Under the pieces are notes generated by a model, which searched no databases, had not been told where the DNA came from, and saw only the letters and a list, made by a program, of their open reading frames with translations. DNA of 41,461 nucleotides from a virus, in IMG/VR virus record IMGVR_UViG_3300032144_000027. The stretch is one strand, 5' to 3'. The position numbers and the translations under genes are program-made. Below, one piece after another: positions 1 to 7,227 of the stretch; position 1 is the first letter of the stretch; each line of letters starts with the position of its first letter.

Positions 1-127
1 CAAATTGAGGCTGCCCACGCAGAAGCTCGCCAATACTACAGTCGAAAGAACTACTGACCGTGCCTAGAGAGCGCGAAGGACCCCCAATGGCCATTCTTAA
101 CATCAGCAAAGCGTTGAACCAGTACTG
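1..127. repeat. Terminal overlap, left copy (identical to 41335..41461)
   Basis: Read directly. Both copies run caaattgaggctgccc...gcgttgaaccagtactg. The overlap spans the 3' end of ORF 40684..41391 and the 5' end of ORF 87..431. The unique sequence is therefore 41334 bp and circularises (or is terminally redundant). Confidence 0.95.
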
Positions 128-431
128 TGACGTCTGTAATCAGCGCAGGGGTGGTCCAAATCACCCAGACCATACGGAGTGTTCCAAGATTCGCAAGGCA
201 AGAGGGTTTCCCAACTTGCACGCGAAGCCCCCCGGTGGTACAATGGTAGTACCAAAGCCAACCGTGGTGGACAATATGCATCTCTATAAAGTCACGTTTA
301 CGACCGGTGGGACAATCCACACTACGGTCTTCGAGGAAGCCTGCATAGCAGATGCTATCCAAGCCTACAATACGTGGGCCGACGGGCTGGAAATTGACCT
401 TGAGTACGTTAGCTGCGAGGAGTTGAAATGA
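87..431 (+). CDS. Hypothetical early protein with CxxC...HPDHxxC zinc-ribbon-like motif
   Basis: Track ORF 60..431. An internal ATG at 87 has GAAGGA 6 nt upstream. The stop overlaps the next ATG (ATGA at 428). The motif YCDVCNQ...HPDHTEC resembles module 1 of the product of 40684..41391. Confidence 0.6.
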   Translation: MAILNISKALNQYCDVCNQRRGGPNHPDHTECSKIRKARGFPNLHAKPPGGTMVVPKPTVVDNMHLYKVTFTTGGTIHTTVFEEACIADAIQAYNTWADGLEIDLEYVSCEELK

Positions 432-535
432 CTATTGGGTGGTGGGTGCTGATTGCCGGTGCCGGAATGATGATTATTGCCATTGTGATTGTGCTGGCGA
501 TTGCAACCATAGACGAAAATAAGGACGAAATGTAA
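428..535 (+). CDS. Small single-pass membrane protein (35 aa), below the ORF-track cutoff
   Basis: My own translation is MTIGWWVLIAGAGMMIIAIVIVLAIATIDENKDEM. The ATG overlaps the upstream stop (ATGA) and the TAA at 533..535 lies 1 nt before the next ATG (537). It fills an otherwise empty gap in a tightly packed operon. Confidence 0.45.
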   Translation: MTIGWWVLIAGAGMMIIAIVIVLAIATIDENKDEM

Positions 536-536
536 G

Positions 537-755
537 ATGTACAACTACCTCATACAAGACGAAAACCCCTTTCCAATTGAGCACGAAGTGGAACCAATTA
601 AGATTGTTCCAGTTAACGTGCATCCGGGGGCCGCTCAGGTCAACGTGGCTGGTGTGTGGCACATGGACTTCCTCAACAGTCACGGTGACCTGCTTATCTG
701 CTGTCAAAACATTGAAAACGGCGCTAGTTATATCTCAATTACAAGAGGTAAATAG
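537..755 (+). CDS. Hypothetical early protein
   Basis: 72-aa ORF packed tightly between its neighbours (next ATG at 758). Confidence 0.55.
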   Translation: MYNYLIQDENPFPIEHEVEPIKIVPVNVHPGAAQVNVAGVWHMDFLNSHGDLLICCQNIENGASYISITRGK

Positions 756-757
756 CT

Positions 758-967
758 ATGACCTGCACACATGAAGAAACAGTTGAACAGGACGACAGCT
801 ACTATGACGATGAGGGAAATCTGTGCCCGGATACGAAATGGGTCACTATTGGTACTTGGCGCGATGTTGATCTGCATCGCTATACTTGTACTCAGTGTGG
901 CATCATTCGATATTACTCTGAACGGGCTCGACGCTTTTACGAGGACGGTGAGGGTTCTTTGCCATGA
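758..967 (+). CDS. Hypothetical early protein, acidic, with C-terminal CxxC
   Basis: 69-aa ORF whose stop overlaps the next ATG (ATGA at 964). It contains CPD...CTQCG. It fits operon packing better than the alternative frame 771..992. Confidence 0.55.
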   Translation: MTCTHEETVEQDDSYYDDEGNLCPDTKWVTIGTWRDVDLHRYTCTQCGIIRYYSERARRFYEDGEGSLP

Positions 968-1320
968 GTACACCAAAGTTTGCAGTGGGTGAGGTGGTCA
1001 TTGTGGCTGGGAACACAAGACCATGTGAGCAGGGGGAGCACACTGTTCACCTCATACTCACCCCCGGTGCTCGGTACTTCGACCGCATCACACGGTCTAT
1101 GGTGCGGACTATTCCCCTGAACCAACACCACAGCGGCTTCGGCTACATTATGGAGGACTTGCTGCTGGACCACGATGGACATGAGGTAATCTTCGACCAG
1201 TCGTGTCTTCGTAAGAAACACGTTCCGGGCGAGGACAGCTTCAACGAGATCATGCAGGACTTGAAAAATAAGGAGCCCACGTCATGCGTACCCCCCTGTT
1301 CGCCGTTGGAGAAAGCGTGA
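964..1320 (+). CDS. Hypothetical protein, tandem paralogue A
   Basis: 118 aa. MSTPKFAVGEVVIV...SCLRKKHVPGEDSF aligns with the next ORF, MRTPLFAVGESVIL...SCLRKKYTPGTVSF. Confidence 0.7.
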   Translation: MSTPKFAVGEVVIVAGNTRPCEQGEHTVHLILTPGARYFDRITRSMVRTIPLNQHHSGFGYIMEDLLLDHDGHEVIFDQSCLRKKHVPGEDSFNEIMQDLKNKEPTSCVPPCSPLEKA

Positions 1321-1577
1321 TCCTGGTTAGCTCCAGTAGCCCGCACCACAACGGCGTACACGTCATCCGTTCTATCCACAAGGATGGTGAGCGATACATA
1401 GACCGAGTGGGAAAGAAACCTGTAGTCGTTAAGCTGCGGCACGATCCGTTCGCTTATCGTCTGGTTGCCATCCTTGAAAACGAAAACCAGATGGAATGCC
1501 TCTGGCAAGAGAGCTGTCTGCGTAAGAAGTACACTCCAGGGACGGTATCGTTTAAACGCCTAATGGAGCTGCTCTAA
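1284..1577 (+). CDS. Hypothetical protein, tandem paralogue B
   Basis: 97 aa with AAGGAG SD upstream of the ATG at 1284. It is a paralogue of 964..1320 and overlaps that gene's 3' tail by 37 nt. Confidence 0.7.
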   Translation: MRTPLFAVGESVILVSSSSPHHNGVHVIRSIHKDGERYIDRVGKKPVVVKLRHDPFAYRLVAILENENQMECLWQESCLRKKYTPGTVSFKRLMELL

Positions 1578-1645
1578 AAGTGGAACGCTGGCGTGCGGCT
1601 GCGCAGGTAGCCCCACGCCAGAACGCCACATTTGGCGTATAACGC

Positions 1646-1674
1646 TTGTTCCAGAGGGTTATAACGGTTATACT
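1646..1674 (+). promoter_or_regulatory. Sigma70-like promoter TTGTTC-17 nt-TATACT
   Basis: -35 at 1646..1651 and -10 at 1669..1674. It lies within a roughly 43-nt element that is near-identical to the promoter at 38927..38955. Confidence 0.5.
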
Positions 1675-1707
1675 GGTGCTACCACCAACAACTAGGGTCA
1701 CAGTGCT

Positions 1708-1956
1708 ATGGAAATCACAGGTCTTGGCAACATCAAAGTACGAAATAACACCGGAAAGCGGATCAGCTCTGGTTGTGATTTTAAGGGAAGGTTCGTTGGT
1801 ATCACCATTTGCAAGAGTGGAATGGTGAGCATTACAGGTCAGATCAGCACCAAACTTTGGGTGATGCATCCGGCCCAGCGCAAGGAACTGCGCAGTCACC
1901 TAGCGCACCTGCTGCGCTTAGAACGGATCCAACAACGTAAGAGAGAATTCGCATGA
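1708..1956 (+). CDS. Hypothetical protein
   Basis: 82-aa ORF downstream of the 1646..1674 promoter. Its stop overlaps the next ATG (ATGA at 1953). The SD is weak. A competing antisense ORF (1552..1899) was rejected. Confidence 0.45.
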   Translation: MEITGLGNIKVRNNTGKRISSGCDFKGRFVGITICKSGMVSITGQISTKLWVMHPAQRKELRSHLAHLLRLERIQQRKREFA

Positions 1957-2216
1957 AACGCATAGTAATCGCCATCGCCGTAGCTGTTATCGCCCCAATG
2001 GCTTCCGCCGGGTGCTACAGCCAGAATCAATATCAGCAGCAGCAGTGTCTGCAACAGGAGCAAATGCTCCAGATTCAGCGCCAGCAGCTCCAGATTCAGC
2101 GCCAGCAGCAACAACAGGCCCAGTGGGACCGTACCAACCAGCAGATTCAGCAGGAAAACCAGCGCCTTCAGCAGCAACAGCAGCAGCGTAAGGCGAACTA
2201 TGGCTGGAGCTACTAG
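1953..2216 (+). CDS. Exported (signal peptide, possible lipobox ASAGC) glutamine-rich small protein
   Basis: MKRIVIAIAVAVIAPMASAGC is followed by a roughly 65-aa region dominated by Q (LQIQRQQLQIQRQQQQQ...QQQQQQRK). It has two Cys residues and ends in the aromatic tail YGWSY. Confidence 0.7.
   Translation: MKRIVIAIAVAVIAPMASAGCYSQNQYQQQQCLQQEQMLQIQRQQLQIQRQQQQQAQWDRTNQQIQQENQRLQQQQQQRKANYGWSY
2067..2108 (+). repeat. Perfect 21-bp tandem duplication (ctccagattcagcgccagcag x2) inside the poly-Q gene
   Basis: Units at 2067..2087 and 2088..2108 are identical and encode LQIQRQQ twice. Confidence 0.95.
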
Positions 2217-2218
2217 TA

Positions 2219-2518
2219 ATGAAGACCAGACACCCACTGGCGAGTGATAATATCACCCGCTATCGGCTGACTAAGGAGGCGTTGGACAAGGCGCTCATCC
2301 CAGGCAGCCATCGGCGCCAAGCGCTACGCATTATTCGCGACCGTCTCCCACTGGAGTTCACGGCCCCAATGGCCATTGACGTTCTCGGGAAGATGAGGCT
2401 TGGTACGGACTCTTCGTACAGCTTTGTAAAGTTCTTTGTGTTGGGGGGCCAAGGACTCCCACCATTCTTCTACAAAGTTACCCACGAATTTAAGACGAGG
2501 GCTGAGCAAACTTCCTAG
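2219..2518 (+). CDS. Hypothetical protein
   Basis: 99-aa ORF starting 2 nt after the previous stop. Confidence 0.6.
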   Translation: MKTRHPLASDNITRYRLTKEALDKALIPGSHRRQALRIIRDRLPLEFTAPMAIDVLGKMRLGTDSSYSFVKFFVLGGQGLPPFFYKVTHEFKTRAEQTS

Positions 2519-2526
2519 TGGCTCCG

Positions 2527-2589
2527 CAGGCTGCCAGTGGTGTACACTGGTAGCCTGCCCATAAAAATGCCCCTCTTGCAAGGAGGGGC
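2527..2589. other. Two consecutive strong stem-loops (candidate terminator or processing site)
   Basis: At 2527..2557, caggctGccagtg-gtgta-cactggTagcctg forms a 13-bp stem including one G-U pair. At 2569..2589, gcccctc-ttgcaag-gaggggc forms a second stem. The A-run between them gives a U-tract only for the minus-strand reading. Confidence 0.4.
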
Positions 2590-2673
2590 GAAAACCGCTA
2601 AGGGACCTGCTATGGCTGAATTCATTATAGCGCGTTCCCTAGCATCCTGCAAGCACTATGTAAGGAACGCATC

Positions 2674-2889
2674 ATGAAAGTGAAAGAAGTGTCATCTCTA
2701 GTCGGTAAAATGATACGCTTTGATGATGGAATGGATGTTCTCATGACGAGTGGTGGCATCGGCAACGATACCACCTTTGTGTTCAAGCGCCTGCTCGGTG
2801 GCGAGTGGGAGCGCATGTCCGTTCAGGAGGCCATGCCCATCATGCTGGAACTGGCCAAAGCCAAGTATTCGCAGGAGTCTCAGTCATGA
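2674..2889 (+). CDS. Hypothetical protein
   Basis: 71-aa ORF whose stop overlaps the next ATG (ATGA at 2886). Confidence 0.55.
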   Translation: MKVKEVSSLVGKMIRFDDGMDVLMTSGGIGNDTTFVFKRLLGGEWERMSVQEAMPIMLELAKAKYSQESQS

Positions 2890-3365
2890 CTCTTGCCCTT
2901 ATTTCCCAGCTTGGGGACTTCCAACCCCGTGTTACGCACCACCAGGACCAATACTCCGCTCGTATGGAGATTGGGACCTTCCTCGCCACGGGCGGCTACG
3001 CTGATGATCCGTCTATCATCCTGGTAAACTTGAACGAGGTGCCAGATTTGCAGATCGGTACCTTTGTCGCCAACCCCGGTGCGTTCTTTGGCCTCATTGA
3101 TCTTACCCCCAAGGAGCAGTGGTGCGCAATCCTGCACTATTGGAGCGAGAGCCATAAAGTTCACAAGATAAACACCAAGAGTTGTGATGATAGGGAGGAG
3201 GCCATTAAGGACATTTGCTTCTACCTAACTGAGGACAAATGGAAGGGCATAGCCAGCGAGCAGGGATACTACTGTTACGAGGCTAACAGCGAAGAGTTTG
3301 GTAAGATGTTTATCGAGCTCTATGCTGTCAACCTTCGTGAGCCGTTCCCAAGCCAGTTCTCCTAA
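2886..3365 (+). CDS. Hypothetical protein
   Basis: Track ORF 2805..3365. The internal ATG at 2886 is coupled to the upstream stop, giving 159 aa. Confidence 0.65.
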   Translation: MTLALISQLGDFQPRVTHHQDQYSARMEIGTFLATGGYADDPSIILVNLNEVPDLQIGTFVANPGAFFGLIDLTPKEQWCAILHYWSESHKVHKINTKSCDDREEAIKDICFYLTEDKWKGIASEQGYYCYEANSEEFGKMFIELYAVNLREPFPSQFS

Positions 3366-3402
3366 CTAACATCGCCCCGGCGGGGGGCATATCCCGCCAC
3401 CA

Positions 3403-3606
3403 TTGAGGTATGCCGCTATGACTGATGAAGAACGCAAACAGTTTAGACGTGATGCTGCTCTTGCCGCCCTACCCGCCGTAATCGCTCGCTCGCAGCTACA
3501 GTATTCATTGATAAGCATCATGACTGATGTCATTGAAGACACTATGGAAGTTGCCGAGCGCCTGCTCCTTAGCATTGAGATGACAGAGGAAGGGGAGGAA
3601 ATGTGA
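3403..3606 (+). CDS. Hypothetical small acidic protein
   Basis: 67-aa ORF (an alternative ATG lies at 3418). Its stop overlaps the primase-helicase ATG (TGATG). Confidence 0.5.
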   Translation: MRYAAMTDEERKQFRRDAALAALPAVIARSQLQYSLISIMTDVIEDTMEVAERLLLSIEMTEEGEEM

Positions 3607-5762
3607 TGGACAACGACCGGCCCATGTCTATATACCTTACTGATAAGGGTGATAAGCCGTTTCTTGAAGAGATTGCCCACTATCTGGAGGACCGAGGGCT
3701 TACAACTCAGGACATTGGGGGAGTAATCCCCTTCAAGCGCCACAATCATCACGTCCACGATGCAAATGGACGGGAGTACATCCTCAAAGGCTGGGCATTC
3801 CAGGTACGCGAGCTAGATGGTTCCTTTGCGGACAATCAGCTCATATTCCGCCCATGCAATTATCCGCCTGGAAAGCTCTACCAGATACAGGGTGGCAAGG
3901 ACGTAGAGTTTAGCAAGCCCAAGTTCATACAGATCGGCAAGGGCAACGTGCTCCACCACTGCGGCTCGTTTGACGACTTCTGCACCGCCAGCGTCGTCGG
4001 CCTTCATGAAAAGATTGTTAGTGCTGAACTCTGCCGCAAGGTGCTCGGCATTCCGTGCCTTGGCATTAGCGGATGCAGCGGGTGGGGCAAGGACGGCCGC
4101 ATCATGCCTAAACTTGCTGAAATAATCGACAGGATGGCCCACAGTGCCACGCTCGTGGTCATGTTTGACGGCGACATCCTAACCAATAATCACATCATGC
4201 AAGCCGCCAGCAAGTTTCAAGGAGCAGTCCAGCTGCTGCGTCCAGACATTATTGTCGCCTTCCCTAAGGTCCCCAGTAATGCGAACGGAGTGGGGTGGGA
4301 CGATTGGGCCGTCGGCCAAGGGGACATGCTACAAGAGCGCTGGCTCCAAATACTAAACTCTGACGGCATTGAAGTAGAAGACGTCATTCCTCTTGGTTGG
4401 CTCGTTGAGAATTACGGTGTCAGCCGCAAGCTCACCCAACGTTCCGAGCAGTTGGAGCAAACGCAGGATAATTACCGTCGCTTACTCCGCTTTCCGCGCT
4501 GGGACAGCTACACTGTTGACATTAACGGTGATATTTACGACAGTGACGGCTATTACGGCTCTGAAGAGTCACTATTCAATTCATTTCTAGTGTGGCTGGA
4601 ACGCACGGTCTGCCAAGGTTATGGGGATAAGGTCAACACATCCCGCGCCCGCGCAGCCTTTTCGGCTTGGCTGATGGATAAGCGCTGTTCCGTGCCGATA
4701 AAACTCCTTCTTGATCAAGCACCAATCACCACTGCCGAAGCTAAGGTCGTAGCGCTCCGCCTCATCACCGAAGGCTTCCAGGTGACTGGCCCCATGACCC
4801 AAGCCGAGACTGTGGACACCGTACTCCGCATGTTCCGTGATACCGTCCTGCGCTGGGGCTGCGATCGTGATGTGGACATTCAATGGTGCTGGTGTACCAT
4901 CGGCCCAACGGGATGCGGTAAGTCGTCCTTTAGCAAGTTCCTCTTTGATGGCCTAATGGACCTAGGTTATCATCGCCAGCCTAAAGGATATCTTAACAAA
5001 AAGGACCCCAAACTGGAGGAAGAGAACCGCAAGGCTCGCGATAGTCTGGTCATCGGTATTGACGACTACAATCCAGGCGAACTCTATGCTCGCATTGTTG
5101 AGAATATGTTCTACACAATGAGTTCCACGCGCACAGTCATTCAACGTGAGCCCTATGGCCATAAGCCTGAAGAAGTCATGCTCCATGCCATCTACTTCCT
5201 AAGCACTACCGATAAGACCAAGCAATTCATCCGCAGTGCCAAGGGCACGGGGGAAAGGAGATTTATTGTCACCGAAGGTCTTGGCACCGAGATGGTCAGC
5301 GGTATGCTCCGCGTCAACAAGAAAGTGTTAAAAGAGACAGGGTTGCAATTGCTGGTCTGGGCCGCGCACCGGGGAGGGGAAATAGCTGGTGACGCCACGG
5401 AGTTCAGCTCCAAGTACACCGAGCAATATATTCAGGAAAGCACTGGTGTTCTTAATATCGTCAAGGAAATTAATTGGGATGCACTACGTCAAAGACTGGC
5501 CCGCTACTATCGGGAGGGCACTAATGATTACCGCTTCGTGCTAAGGACCGGGTTCGTGCCGTTGCTTGGGCAGGGGGGAGATATGAGCGCTGCTACTATA
5601 AACGACCTGTATAATATCTGCGAAGAGTGTGGGGCCAAGGATGTTGGCAAGGCTTGGGTGAACCAGGATGGCGCGGCCAGCAAGCGTGGAGTAGTTAAAG
5701 ACCGAGTACACAGCGTAGTCGATATGGAGGACTACATACTTAGGCTCCAGCAGAGGCTGTAA
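3606..5762 (+). CDS. Bifunctional DNA primase / superfamily-3 (D5/P4/VirE-like) replicative helicase
   Basis: About 718 aa. The N-terminal half has a Toprim-like acidic patch (VVMFDGDILTNN). The C-terminal half has Walker A GPTGCGKSSF, followed by a Walker-B-like LVIGIDDYN. Confidence 0.8.
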   Translation: MDNDRPMSIYLTDKGDKPFLEEIAHYLEDRGLTTQDIGGVIPFKRHNHHVHDANGREYILKGWAFQVRELDGSFADNQLIFRPCNYPPGKLYQIQGGKDVEFSKPKFIQIGKGNVLHHCGSFDDFCTASVVGLHEKIVSAELCRKVLGIPCLGISGCSGWGKDGRIMPKLAEIIDRMAHSATLVVMFDGDILTNNHIMQAASKFQGAVQLLRPDIIVAFPKVPSNANGVGWDDWAVGQGDMLQERWLQILNSDGIEVEDVIPLGWLVENYGVSRKLTQRSEQLEQTQDNYRRLLRFPRWDSYTVDINGDIYDSDGYYGSEESLFNSFLVWLERTVCQGYGDKVNTSRARAAFSAWLMDKRCSVPIKLLLDQAPITTAEAKVVALRLITEGFQVTGPMTQAETVDTVLRMFRDTVLRWGCDRDVDIQWCWCTIGPTGCGKSSFSKFLFDGLMDLGYHRQPKGYLNKKDPKLEEENRKARDSLVIGIDDYNPGELYARIVENMFYTMSSTRTVIQREPYGHKPEEVMLHAIYFLSTTDKTKQFIRSAKGTGERRFIVTEGLGTEMVSGMLRVNKKVLKETGLQLLVWAAHRGGEIAGDATEFSSKYTEQYIQESTGVLNIVKEINWDALRQRLARYYREGTNDYRFVLRTGFVPLLGQGGDMSAATINDLYNICEECGAKDVGKAWVNQDGAASKRGVVKDRVHSVVDMEDYILRLQQRL

Positions 5763-5969
5763 GTGTGGGGTGTGGTGGCGACTGTGGGGGGTGCCCCCTA
5801 CGGGCTCCGCCCCCGGTTTTACTGGGGATCGGGCCCTTTGTGGGGGTGTGGGGGTATAAAGAATGAAAAGCTAAATACCAAGCCAGTAGAGGTAAACTCG
5901 TAAATACTATATATAGGGGGATTGCCAAACCAATCCCCCCCACCACGCCACACCCCCTACACACCCCCC
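5763..5969. promoter_or_regulatory. Origin-like element: G-rich TGTGGGG repeats, AT-rich core, C-rich inverted copies
   Basis: The left arm, roughly 5763..5857, carries repeated gtgtgggg/tgtggggg. An AT-rich core lies at about 5858..5915. A hairpin at 5916..5939 reads gggggattg-ccaaac-caatccccc. The right arm, 5934..5969 (cccccccaccacgccacaccccctacacacccccc), is the complement of the left-arm motif. Confidence 0.45.
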
Positions 5970-6108
5970 GGCGCCTAGTCCCTGGAACTCGGGAAAAGTG
6001 AACCGTTCTTGATCCCCTCCCCCTGAGTACTCGGCTCTAAGTGAACGAAAATGGACTTTCGCACACATATATGAGCGCTCTTATCGCTCCCCTGGACCGA
6101 GCCCCGAG

Positions 6109-6242
6109 TCTGTAGCTCACCAGACACGTGCTAGACTCTGTAGCTCACCAGACACGTGCCACGATCTTGGTATACCAGATACCGAGGTCTTGGTATACCG
6201 TATTCCGTCCCAGGGACCGAGGCACGCGTGTGGTGAGCTACA
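6109..6242. repeat. Iteron cluster: 23-bp direct repeat x2, one inverted degenerate copy, and 12-bp repeat x2
   Basis: tctgtagctcaccagacacgtgc occurs at 6109..6131 and 6137..6159. An inverted copy, gcacgcgtgtggtgagctaca, lies at 6222..6242 with 2 mismatches. tcttggtatacc occurs at 6165..6176 and 6188..6199. The cluster is flanked by ccctggaccgag and cccagggaccgag. Confidence 0.9.
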
Positions 6243-6340
6243 TCTTGGCACGTCTTTTGCTACGCGGGCGCGCGCATCGCGCATAAATAGCGGCGATTTG
6301 TCTGGTTATAACAGAGGCGCTCGTTATAGCTAAATAGTTG

Positions 6341-6369
6341 TTTACAGAAATGCGCGGTAGTACCATAAT
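6341..6369 (+). promoter_or_regulatory. Sigma70-like promoter TTTACA-17 nt-CATAAT
   Basis: -35 at 6341..6346 and -10 at 6364..6369. It lies immediately downstream of the iterons and upstream of the ATG at 6422. Confidence 0.5.
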
Positions 6370-6421
6370 GTACCTACACCAGCAGCAACCGGCTCTGGTG
6401 ACCACTACAAGGAAATACGCC

Positions 6422-6958
6422 ATGTCCCGCTCTAACCGCCACAACACCCCAGCTATGACCGAAGACCAACTGGCCGAGGTTCTGGCCCTGCAAGAAGCCC
6501 ATACCGAGGCGCTGGCAATGAACGAGGTTTGGGTAGCTACCCCACCAGCCGAAATCGAGGTAGAAGTTACCGAGCCGGCCATTTGGACCCCCGCGCCAAA
6601 CTACGCCAAGACCGTGGAAAACGTGGAAAAGCGTGTGGCAAGCGCAAGGGCGAAAGAAGGCACCCATACCGGCAAGATTTTGACCGGCATTGGCAAGCAA
6701 GACGCTCGGGCCAATACCGCACGAGCAGCGGCTCTGGCGGCGATGCAGGAAAACCTTGGTCAGCCGTACCACGTTGTCCTGGAAGCCGTTACACTGGCCG
6801 AAAAGGCATGGCACAAATCCAACGGGCGCACCCCTGGGAACTTGGCACCAGCTGGATGGTTCAAGCACTTCAACGCGGCCTGGACCGACGTGGTAGCCAC
6901 CACCCAACCCGAGCCAGAAACCGCGCCTGAAACCACCGGCGAAGCCGCTGAAGCCTAA
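6422..6958 (+). CDS. Hypothetical protein (Ala/Glu/Thr-rich)
   Basis: Track ORF 6338..6958. The ATG at 6422 has AAGGAA 7 nt upstream and lies downstream of the predicted promoter. The antisense ORF 6374..6985 is Gly/Arg/Pro-rich and was rejected. Confidence 0.6.
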   Translation: MSRSNRHNTPAMTEDQLAEVLALQEAHTEALAMNEVWVATPPAEIEVEVTEPAIWTPAPNYAKTVENVEKRVASARAKEGTHTGKILTGIGKQDARANTARAAALAAMQENLGQPYHVVLEAVTLAEKAWHKSNGRTPGNLAPAGWFKHFNAAWTDVVATTQPEPETAPETTGEAAEA

Positions 6959-6959
6959 T

Positions 6960-6981
6960 CCCCCCGGCCCCCTCCGGGGGG
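6960..6981 (+). other. GC hairpin after 6422..6958
   Basis: ccccccgg-ccccct-ccgggggg, with no U-tract. Confidence 0.35.
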
Positions 6982-7002
6982 CCAACCCCCTAGGAGCTAC
7001 GT

Positions 7003-7185
7003 ATGAACATCACAGATTGGAAGGAATGGCTGGAAATCATTGCGTATGCCCTGATTGGCCTGATCGGGAAGGCCTTCCTGAGCATCGTCAGCTGGGTCTT
7101 CAGCACCGAGGGGTTCATAGTCATCCTGCTGGTGCTGATCCTCAGCGAGCTTGGAGGCATCTCTAAGCAGCTGTCCCGCCGCTAG
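7003..7185 (+). CDS. Small two-transmembrane-helix protein (holin-like topology)
   Basis: 60 aa with AGGAG SD 6 nt upstream. It has two hydrophobic stretches (IIAYALIGLIGKAFLSIVSWVF and GFIVILLVLILSELGG) and a basic C-terminus, KQLSRR. It sits between a hairpin and a terminator. Confidence 0.6.
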   Translation: MNITDWKEWLEIIAYALIGLIGKAFLSIVSWVFSTEGFIVILLVLILSELGGISKQLSRR

Positions 7186-7203
7186 CCTTCCCCCCCTGTC
7201 TCC

Positions 7204-7227
7204 AAGCCCCGCATGTCGGGGCTTTGT
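7204..7227 (+). terminator. Rho-independent terminator
   Basis: aagccccg-catgt-cggggctt forms a perfect 8-bp stem and is followed by tgt. Confidence 0.6.

Noticed and set aside
771-992. 73-aa plus-strand alternative frame overlapping 758..967
   Set aside because: It breaks the tight start/stop coupling seen for 758..967 (755/758 and ATGA at 964). It would also overlap the next gene by 29 nt without an SD.
1552-1899. 115-aa minus-strand ORF in the 1578..1952 interval
   Set aside because: It would be a lone antisense gene within a plus-strand operon, and it runs back through the predicted plus-strand promoter. The plus-strand ORF 1708..1956 is stop/start coupled to the next gene.
5740-5964. 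74-aa minus-strand ORF across the G-rich/C-rich region
   Set aside because: Its Gly/Pro-rich translation derives from the repeat arms of the ori-like element, and it has no SD. The region is better explained as non-coding repeats.
6109-6242. Possibility that the 23-bp repeats form a mini-CRISPR array
   Set aside because: There are only two direct copies with a 5-nt spacer gap, plus an inverted copy. There is no regular repeat-spacer periodicity and there are no cas genes. The arrangement is iteron- or operator-like.
6374-6985. 203-aa minus-strand ORF overlapping 6422..6958
   Set aside because: Its Gly/Arg/Pro/Trp-rich composition is typical of an antisense frame. The plus-strand frame has a promoter, an SD and a following hairpin, and all neighbouring genes are on the plus strand.
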